Source of the DNA: Promethearchaeia archaeon
GTDB lineage: Archaea > Asgardarchaeota > Lokiarchaeia > Sigyniarchaeales > SOKP01
Direction of reading: 5' to 3'
DNA length: 12,482 bases
NCBI GenBank assembly: GCA_029856045.1
Contig: JAHQWG010000055.1
Coordinates: forward strand, 1-12,482
Of the stretch, positions 1 to 6,574 are shown piece by piece. The notes below the pieces were generated by a model. The model was not told where the DNA came from, did not search any database, and saw only the letters and a program-made list of their open reading frames with translations. Position 1 is the stretch's first letter. The number at the start of each line of letters is the position of its first letter. Made by a program: the position numbers and the translations under genes.

Positions 1-822
1 GAAATTATATACATCAAATCATCTATCTTGAAAGATTATTATTCAGATTTATATGTAAAAACTTTAACTGAATTAATTATTGAGCATAAACCAGAGATTA
101 TATTAATCGGTGCAACACCTACAGGTAGAGATTTCGCACCAAGAGTAGCAAAAAGGGTTAATGCTGGACTTACTGCAGACTGTACTGGATTAACCATTGA
201 CCTTGAAAGTAGGAATCTATTACAAACACGCCCTACGTTTGGTGGAAATATAATGGCGACAATCAAAACTCCATACAGCAGACCGCAAATGGCTACTGTA
301 AGACCAGGTATATTTAAACCACTTAAAAAAAGTAAGAGAAAGGTAAAAATAAAAAAAATTGATTATGACTATAGCCAAAAAGATTCCGTTTCAAAAATTG
401 TAAAAATTATCAATAGAGAAAAAAGGAAGATAAATCTTGAAGAGGCAGAAGTTATAATTACCGGAGGTAGAGGAGTTGGCTCAAAAGAAAATTTTAAACT
501 TATTGAACAATTAGCAGATTCTTTAAATGCTGAAGTAGGAGGATCAAGAGTTGCAGTTGAATTAAATTGGATTGAACAAGATCGTCAAGTTGGACAAACA
601 GGCAAAACTGTTTCACCAAAATTATACATTGCATGCGGAATATCGGGTGCAATACAGCACATAGTGGGTATGCAAGGTGCAGAGATTATAGTAGCAATTA
701 ATAAAGATCCGAAAGCACCAATTTTTAAAGTCGCACATTATGGAATTGTTGGTGAACTTCAAAAAGTTATACCAGAGCTGATTAAAGAAATAAAAAAAGT
801 AAGGACTGAAGAAAAAATTTAA
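1..822 (+). CDS. etfA: Electron transfer flavoprotein alpha subunit (EtfA/FixB family), 5'-truncated by the window edge
   Basis: Frame is open from base 1 (EIIYIKSSILKDYY...), so the TTG at 28 is probably internal. Motifs GLTADC, TRPTFGGN, RPQMATVRPG, GGRGVG and the FAD-binding QVGQTGKTVSPKLYIACGISGAIQHIVGM...AINKDPKAPIF. Stop TAA at 820-822. Confidence 0.96.
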   Translation, partial: EIIYIKSSILKDYYSDLYVKTLTELIIEHKPEIILIGATPTGRDFAPRVAKRVNAGLTADCTGLTIDLESRNLLQTRPTFGGNIMATIKTPYSRPQMATVRPGIFKPLKKSKRKVKIKKIDYDYSQKDSVSKIVKIINREKRKINLEEAEVIITGGRGVGSKENFKLIEQLADSLNAEVGGSRVAVELNWIEQDRQVGQTGKTVSPKLYIACGISGAIQHIVGMQGAEIIVAINKDPKAPIFKVAHYGIVGELQKVIPELIKEIKKVRTEEKI

Positions 823-923
823 AAAAAATGTTTTATCGTTTAAATAAATCTAATTTTTTTATATATAATTTTTAAATGAAATTATTATTTAGATTATTTA
901 AATAAATATTTGAATTCAAGTTA

Positions 924-1358
924 ATGAAAATCTTTAAAGATAATAAATTATTTTTTAAAAAGTATTGTGTTTTAATCCTAATATTGAATTTTATAGTTTT
1001 GGGTATTTCCTTAATTTTATACCCATTGTTATTTATCGGGATAATAGTTCCAGTTTTTGGTAATATTTTTGGTGTCTTATTTTTATGCAATATCTTTATA
1101 AATTTACTATTTGTTCAAATAAATTCTAAATTTTTAATAAAAACTAATGATAAGGGTAAGATTTTAAATCGAGTAACATATTGCTATCTTTTCTTTTTAT
1201 TATTCGGAGTTTTACCATTATTTTCTATCTCAGGACCAGTAGTAATTCAAAATTATATTATTTCTCTAGTAATATATCTATTTCCTATAATTATTAGCTA
1301 TTATGAACTTAAAATAATTGATAAAAAAGAGGGGATCTTTAAATGGGAGATAATATAA
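924..1358 (+). CDS. Hypothetical integral membrane protein (about 4 TM helices)
   Basis: 144-aa ORF with four hydrophobic stretches separated by short Lys-rich loops. Overlaps the next gene by 16 nt in the same orientation. Confidence 0.72.
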   Translation: MKIFKDNKLFFKKYCVLILILNFIVLGISLILYPLLFIGIIVPVFGNIFGVLFLCNIFINLLFVQINSKFLIKTNDKGKILNRVTYCYLFFLLFGVLPLFSISGPVVIQNYIISLVIYLFPIIISYYELKIIDKKEGIFKWEII

Positions 1359-2674
1359 AGATACTAAAAGTTTCATTAATTGTAATTTTTTTTTGGACTT
1401 TTATTGGTGGATTTATTTTTTCCTATACATTATTTACTGGGGGTCCAGATTCCTTAGGGATATTAATTGGTTTCGCAAATACAATTTTATCTCCTCACTT
1501 AATTATATTATATCCAATAATTACAATATTTTTCTCAAAATTAATTCCTAAAGAAAAACACAAAATTATTTACTCTCTTATCATAATTATTGGATTATCT
1601 CTAAGCATAATTTATGCAATTCCATTATTCGCGGTGCCAATTTCGATTCAACAGACAAATTCTCAATTCTATTCTAATTATGGTTCAAATTGGAATACAT
1701 TCCCAGCTGAAGTCCAAAATAATTTTTATACAACACCTTTTGAATTATATCTATTATATTATGGTATTCCTGATTCAAATGATCACAAGTTTGGTGTTTA
1801 TAAAGATATAATTTTTGTGAATGAAACTGATTACCAACTATATTTTGACGTATATTATCCAAAAGAATTAGGATTTGTTAATAATGCAACAATTATTTAT
1901 ATTCATGGAGGTGCATGGACTGGCGGTGAGAAAGAACAACAAGCAAGCACATTGGAGTATTTTGCCTCTCAAGGTTATGTTGTATTTGCTATTGAATATA
2001 GGCTATTGAATGCAAGTTTATTAGAAGAAAATTCAGATTCAGAGATAATTAGTGGACTTTTTAACCTTCAAACGACAGGGCTTGAATATCGCACTGGAAA
2101 TTATACTTTAGCGGACCAAATTACTGATATTGGAACTTTTACAAAATTTATTGCAAATAACTCAAACAATATTTATGGTGCCAACTTAAATCGAGTCTTT
2201 TTTATGGGTGGAAGTGCTGGAGCACATTTAGCAGGAGTTTGTGGATTTGGTTATAAGAATGAATATTTTAATGGAATTTTTAGTAGTGCTTTAAATATAA
2301 GTGGTTTAGTATTATATTATCCCCCTAATAACGCTTCAGAATTCTTTTATTATGTTAATAAAATGTATTATGAGATAAATCAATTTATTCCGGGTACACC
2401 TGAAACTAACCCAGAGGCATATTTATATTACAGTCCAAGTTATCTAATAAATGAAAACTCGCCGCCATGTATTCTTTTACATGGAACTTCAGACACAATG
2501 GTTCCCTATAAGGAAAGTATAACCATTCAATTAAAAATGAAGGAAAATAATCGTATATGTATTTTAATTCCAGGATATTTTGGAGGACATGGACACATAT
2601 CAGGAATTCAGCATAACTTTATGACAACTTATTATATTGAGAGATTTTTATATCACAATACTTATTATAATTAG
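1343..2674 (+). CDS. Membrane-anchored alpha/beta hydrolase (HSL/family IV esterase-lipase-like)
   Basis: About 3 N-terminal TM helices. Oxyanion motif IHGGAW, nucleophile elbow GGSAG, acid in HGTSDTMVP, His in GGHGH. Purine-rich AGAGGGG upstream of the ATG. Confidence 0.9.
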   Translation: MGDNIKILKVSLIVIFFWTFIGGFIFSYTLFTGGPDSLGILIGFANTILSPHLIILYPIITIFFSKLIPKEKHKIIYSLIIIIGLSLSIIYAIPLFAVPISIQQTNSQFYSNYGSNWNTFPAEVQNNFYTTPFELYLLYYGIPDSNDHKFGVYKDIIFVNETDYQLYFDVYYPKELGFVNNATIIYIHGGAWTGGEKEQQASTLEYFASQGYVVFAIEYRLLNASLLEENSDSEIISGLFNLQTTGLEYRTGNYTLADQITDIGTFTKFIANNSNNIYGANLNRVFFMGGSAGAHLAGVCGFGYKNEYFNGIFSSALNISGLVLYYPPNNASEFFYYVNKMYYEINQFIPGTPETNPEAYLYYSPSYLINENSPPCILLHGTSDTMVPYKESITIQLKMKENNRICILIPGYFGGHGHISGIQHNFMTTYYIERFLYHNTYYN

Positions 2675-2801
2675 GTTAAATTCACTTGATATGCTATTCA
2701 TTTTAGTCTATGACATATCAATTTTATATTGGATTCAAGATAAACTATATATAGAAGTAAAAAATTAATTCCAAAATATCTATTGGAAGTTTGTGAAGAT
2801 A

Positions 2802-3173
2802 ATGAAAAAAACGATTTTTATTGTGGAAGATAATGAAGTTTATTTAAAATTAGTTAAAGCTGTAGTTAATACTATGCCTGATTTGGAAGTTATAATTGAA
2901 ACTGAAGGAGGACGAGCTCTTGAATTGATGAAAAAAGATATTCCTGATCTTATTATTTTAGACATTCAACTTCCTGGTATAAATGGAATTGAGATTTGTA
3001 AGGAACTCCGGAAATTACCTGAGTTTAAAAATATACCCATAATTGCTATGACAGGTTATCCTGAAGATTTTGATGAATACATTGCTTCAGAAGCAGGGTT
3101 CAACAAATTATTTTCAAAACCAATAGAGCTTAACGATTTTATAAAATCAATACAAGATTTTCTATCGGTTTAA
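2802..3173 (+). CDS. Single-domain response regulator (CheY/DivK-like receiver)
   Basis: IVEDN acidic pocket, phospho-acceptor Asp in ILDIQLPGING, Thr in AMTG, Lys in SKP. No output domain. ATG at 2802 preferred; in-frame GTG at 2793 is the alternative. Confidence 0.93.
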   Translation: MKKTIFIVEDNEVYLKLVKAVVNTMPDLEVIIETEGGRALELMKKDIPDLIILDIQLPGINGIEICKELRKLPEFKNIPIIAMTGYPEDFDEYIASEAGFNKLFSKPIELNDFIKSIQDFLSV

Positions 3174-3278
3174 TTAGATTTTATATAAAGTACAATAAAG
3201 AGTAATTGATTTTAAGAGACATTTTTTATGTTGATAAATTGCTAATTTTTAATTATTTGATTATATTACTTATTTAAA

Positions 3279-3953
3279 TTAGCTATATTTCTTTTTTTTA
3301 ATTTTTGTAAAAGGTTTAGAGAATTTTCTTTCACAAAAATTGTTAATGGGGCAAATTTTACATCGAGGATAAGTTGGGATACATATTTGTTGACCAAACT
3401 TTACTATTAATCCATTAGAACTCATCCATAAATCTTTTGGAATTATTTTTTTTAACTCCTTTTCAGTTTGTTCCGGCGTTTTTGTATCTACCCAACCAGT
3501 TCTATTGGATATTCTATGTACATGTATATCCACGGCAATAGCTGGGATTTTAAATGCATATATCAATACACAATTCGCCACCTTATTTCCAACTCCAGGT
3601 AATTCTATTAATTCATTAAAATCTTTTGGTACTTGTCCATTATATTTTTCTAATATTATCTGAGAAACTTGTTTAATTCTCTGAGCTTTCGTTTTATAAG
3701 TTCCTGAAACGTAGATTAATTCTTCAATATCTTCTAAATCTGCTTCAGCGATCATTTTAGGGGTATTATATTTTTTGAATAAATTATCAGTTGCAGCTGA
3801 AGTATTTTTATCTTTAGTTCGAACTGAAAGAATGGTTGAGATTAAAATTTTATAAGGATCAATATTTTTAGGAGTTCTCTGGACTAGTTCATCCAAATGG
3901 GATAATCCATTCAAAGATTGCTTTATTTTTTTAAAAATTTCATAAAAGTCCAT
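3279..3953 (-). CDS. nth: Endonuclease III (HhH-GPD DNA glycosylase/AP lyase, 4Fe-4S)
   Basis: ILSVRTKD, HhH motif LPGVGNKVA with catalytic Lys, VDIHVHRI with catalytic Asp, and C-x6-C-x2-C-x5-C (CIPTYPRCKICPINNFC). Confidence 0.95.
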   Translation of the reverse strand: MDFYEIFKKIKQSLNGLSHLDELVQRTPKNIDPYKILISTILSVRTKDKNTSAATDNLFKKYNTPKMIAEADLEDIEELIYVSGTYKTKAQRIKQVSQIILEKYNGQVPKDFNELIELPGVGNKVANCVLIYAFKIPAIAVDIHVHRISNRTGWVDTKTPEQTEKELKKIIPKDLWMSSNGLIVKFGQQICIPTYPRCKICPINNFCERKFSKPFTKIKKKKYS

Positions 3954-3968
3954 AAAAATCCGAAAATT

Positions 3969-5381
3969 TTATTTATTATTATCTAATTTTTGGAAGATGT
4001 AAAATTTGCGTTTTATAATTTGATTTTTTTTAGATTCAATAATCGATTTTAAGCTATTTAGGTTTAATTGAAGTAATTTATTAGATTTACTAAAAATTCT
4101 ATTTTTTTGGAATATTGGAATTAAATGCAATTTATGTTTTTGAGCGATTTTTTGAAGAGGGAGTTGGACTTCAAGATTTTCAACGGTTTCAATTACGGGT
4201 GAAGTTAAACATAATCTCTTTCCTGGTTTAAGTAATTTATATGATATTTTCATTAATTCTTCAAAGTTGGGTCGAATTTTTGTATCTAATAAATTCTCTG
4301 CATCTTTAAAGTCTGGTTTATTTTTATAAAAAGGGCCAAATATAGGTTCTGTGCATATTCCATCAAAGGACGATTGGTTGAAAACATTTATAAGCTCTTT
4401 AATATCCACTTTTTTAATTCTTTCTTTAAAATTTGGTATATAATCCTCTTCTAATATCTTCCCAACCCATTTTAAATTCTTTACAGTTTGTTCAACGTAT
4501 TTATTTTCAATGTCAGCTCCATATACTTCAAAACCATTAATATGTGCAAAAATGAGAATTGTTCCTGAACCACAAAATGGATCAAGGATCCTTTTGGATT
4601 CTTTATTTTCATAAAGGTTTAAGAAATTAAGCATAATTTTAGCGAATTTTGGAGGAATAGATCGCTCAAAACTTGTAAAAGGACGCTTTTCATCAATCTT
4701 TTTTTGAAAATTTGGATTAGTAACTGTATATGTTCTTGCAATATAACATCCTTCTTCTGTGAAACCAAAAATTATTTCTGCACGGTTTTTCTCTAATAAA
4801 TTGTACCTAATGACATGGTGTGGAAATATTGGATTTAAATTTCCAGTATCTATATTTCTTTGAGGATATTTATAAAAAATATTTTTTTTTGCATTCCTTT
4901 CTTTTAATAATCTTGAAATATTTTCATTTAAATAGGGCAAAAAATGCTTAATTAATATGGATTTATAATAATCATCAATATAAAGATTTGGATAAATTGA
5001 AACCGCAAAAAAGATGTTTTCATTTTCAATTTTAGGGAAAATTTCTGGTAATAAATCATTTAACTTTTTAGATATATTCGTTCTAAAAGGTTTAATTTTT
5101 TTATAGGCAACTACTAATTCAGGAAATGCTGATTTTACCTTAGAAATGTCAATAAAATCTAGAATCACTGCAATTTTTAATATTCCTCCAAGATTAAATT
5201 GTAACAATTCCAAATCATTAACATATGTTTTGGGATTTAAGCCCTCTTCAATTTCTACTATTGCAATATTAGCTGAATAATCAATAATTCGACCTTTAAA
5301 CGGTGGATTTCTTAAAATAAGATCAATTTCTGCTAAAGATAAATGCCAATTAGAACCAAGAACTAGTAGAAATCTTTTCAT
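3969..5381 (-). CDS. Trm11/Trm-G10-like (THUMP + class I SAM) RNA methyltransferase
   Basis: N-terminal LGSNWHLSLAEI typical of the family, RPF...SIPPKFAKIMLN pre-motif, motif I ILDPFCGSGTIL, GADI, and variant motif IV CTEPIFG. Substrate not established. Confidence 0.78.
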   Translation of the reverse strand: MKRFLLVLGSNWHLSLAEIDLILRNPPFKGRIIDYSANIAIVEIEEGLNPKTYVNDLELLQFNLGGILKIAVILDFIDISKVKSAFPELVVAYKKIKPFRTNISKKLNDLLPEIFPKIENENIFFAVSIYPNLYIDDYYKSILIKHFLPYLNENISRLLKERNAKKNIFYKYPQRNIDTGNLNPIFPHHVIRYNLLEKNRAEIIFGFTEEGCYIARTYTVTNPNFQKKIDEKRPFTSFERSIPPKFAKIMLNFLNLYENKESKRILDPFCGSGTILIFAHINGFEVYGADIENKYVEQTVKNLKWVGKILEEDYIPNFKERIKKVDIKELINVFNQSSFDGICTEPIFGPFYKNKPDFKDAENLLDTKIRPNFEELMKISYKLLKPGKRLCLTSPVIETVENLEVQLPLQKIAQKHKLHLIPIFQKNRIFSKSNKLLQLNLNSLKSIIESKKNQIIKRKFYIFQKLDNNK

Positions 5382-6487
5382 TATTTATTTTTATTATCCT
5401 TTTTTTGTGCTGTATTTTCATCCGTGCCCGCAACTTTATCAATATCTGCTACTATCTCATCTATATCTATTTTTTCTCTTTTATCTCCTACCATATCTAA
5501 TATTTTATCTTCAGCCATTTTCTTTTTTACTGCAGCGGTTTTTTTTTTCTTCTCATACTCTTCCTTTTTTTTTAAACGTTCTTTTTTTGTTGTCTCAATT
5601 ATATTTTTATAATGGTCTTTAAGATATTTTAAACTAAAATTAACTACATCTGAAATAGATTCCCAATTTTGGTCTTTTAAAATATTTCTGGTCCAATGAT
5701 AGAGACTATCTTTTAACTTAATTGAAACAGCTTTTCCTCCAGAGATTTGCTCTTGAGATAACCACTTAAAAATGTTGGAAATAAGCATAGAGTTATCTAA
5801 TGCTCCAAAACCATATTCTCTACTTAATGAGCTAAACATTGATACATTACCAATAGCTAATACTTTTCCTTTGTAAAATTTAGTTGCTACAAGTATAGGG
5901 ATATTAGGACAATCTTCGTGATTCCAGTTATTTCCATCATAAATTTCCCTCCAACAGTTGAGTCCACCATATGCAATTATCTCGATTTTTATATTTTTAT
6001 CTTCACTGTATTCAACAACATCAATCGAACACCCACCTGAATGCACAAATGAATTTAGATCTTCAGTTATCGAGTGATGTATGAATTTCTTGATTATTGG
6101 ACGTTTTTGCAGATTTAAATAATAAACTGAATCATTAATTCGATCTGGAGAAAATGTAAATCCAAAATCCTTTGTTAAATCAAATAAGTTAGTTTTATTA
6201 GTATGATCGCCCCCACTATTACTAATAATAAATAAACTCCCGCCTTTTTTAACGTATTCAATTAGAACTTTTATTTCTGATTCGGAATAAACAGAGTTAT
6301 AGGGGGCACCAATAATTACTAAATCATAATTTTCTAACTTTTTCACTGAATTTATTCCTGCTTCGATTTTTCCAAGCTTATACCCACTAGTGAATAAAAA
6401 TTCAACAAAATCAATAAAAGAAGGACTTTCAATAACAAGCTTATTTCCGTGGGAATAATCAAAACAAATCTTTATATCTTGACTCAT
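5381..6487 (-). CDS. GIFT (IFT52/GldG, DUF4350-like) domain protein with putative C-terminal ribbon-helix-helix domain and charged tail
   Basis: aa ~5-244: FDYSH, YDLVIIGAP, SESEIKVLIEYVKKGGSLFII, TNLFDLTKDFGF, GKVLAIGNVSMFS, DNSMLISNIFKWL. aa ~252-292 has an RHH pattern. aa 300-324 is Lys/Glu-rich. No signal peptide or TM segment visible. Confidence 0.8.
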   Translation of the reverse strand: MSQDIKICFDYSHGNKLVIESPSFIDFVEFLFTSGYKLGKIEAGINSVKKLENYDLVIIGAPYNSVYSESEIKVLIEYVKKGGSLFIISNSGGDHTNKTNLFDLTKDFGFTFSPDRINDSVYYLNLQKRPIIKKFIHHSITEDLNSFVHSGGCSIDVVEYSEDKNIKIEIIAYGGLNCWREIYDGNNWNHEDCPNIPILVATKFYKGKVLAIGNVSMFSSLSREYGFGALDNSMLISNIFKWLSQEQISGGKAVSIKLKDSLYHWTRNILKDQNWESISDVVNFSLKYLKDHYKNIIETTKKERLKKKEEYEKKKKTAAVKKKMAEDKILDMVGDKREKIDIDEIVADIDKVAGTDENTAQKKDNKNK

Positions 6488-6516
6488 AAAATTACCACAG
6501 TCTACTTAGGATTAAA

Positions 6517-6528
6517 TATGAATTCATA
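6517..6528. promoter_or_regulatory. Perfect 12-bp palindrome TATGAATTCATA, candidate operator
   Basis: Lies 30-41 nt upstream of the GIFT-RHH start and just downstream of a TATA-like element. Function is inferred. Confidence 0.4.
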
Positions 6529-6543
6529 ATATTAATTTTTTAG

Positions 6544-6560
6544 TAATAAAAGTTTTTATT
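6544..6560 (-). promoter_or_regulatory. Putative archaeal BRE/TATA promoter for the GIFT-RHH gene
   Basis: Minus strand reads AATAAAAAC-TTTTATTA: an A-rich BRE-like segment then a TATA-like box about 57 nt before the ATG. The AT-rich background weakens the call. Confidence 0.4.
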
Positions 6561-6574
6561 TTTATTCTTAACCT

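Noticed and set aside
39-266. 75-aa minus-strand ORF
   Set aside because: Antisense shadow inside the well-supported etfA, with no motifs.
872-1090. 72-aa minus-strand ORF
   Set aside because: Lys/Asn/Ile-rich mirror of the T-rich membrane-protein gene.
1338-1358. Programmed -1 frameshift joining ORF 924 to the hydrolase at TTTAAAT
   Set aside because: The heptamer is in the wrong phase for ORF 924, and the -1 frame has TAA at 1340-1342 just before the ATG. Reinitiation is simpler.
1614-1862. Short ORFs 1614..1811 (+) and 1674..1862 (-)
   Set aside because: Nested within the hydrolase gene, with no recognisable features.
2686-2721. SECIS-like reading of the hairpin
   Set aside because: No AUGA/GA core in the proper arrangement, and no in-frame TGA in the neighbouring genes.
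2795-2837. Direct repeat GAAGATAATGAA at 2795-2806 and 2826-2837
   Set aside because: Only two short copies, one encoding the conserved EDNE motif. Not a CRISPR array or a credible target-site duplication.
5407-5622. Hydrophobic plus-strand ORFs 5407..5622 and 5424..5612 as possible small membrane toxins
   Set aside because: Their Phe/Leu richness is the antisense image of the poly-Lys (AAA) tail of the GIFT-RHH gene.
5381-6487. RHH protein as a toxin-antitoxin antitoxin
   Set aside because: No adjacent small toxin (PIN, RelE/ParE), and the RHH is embedded in a 368-aa protein.
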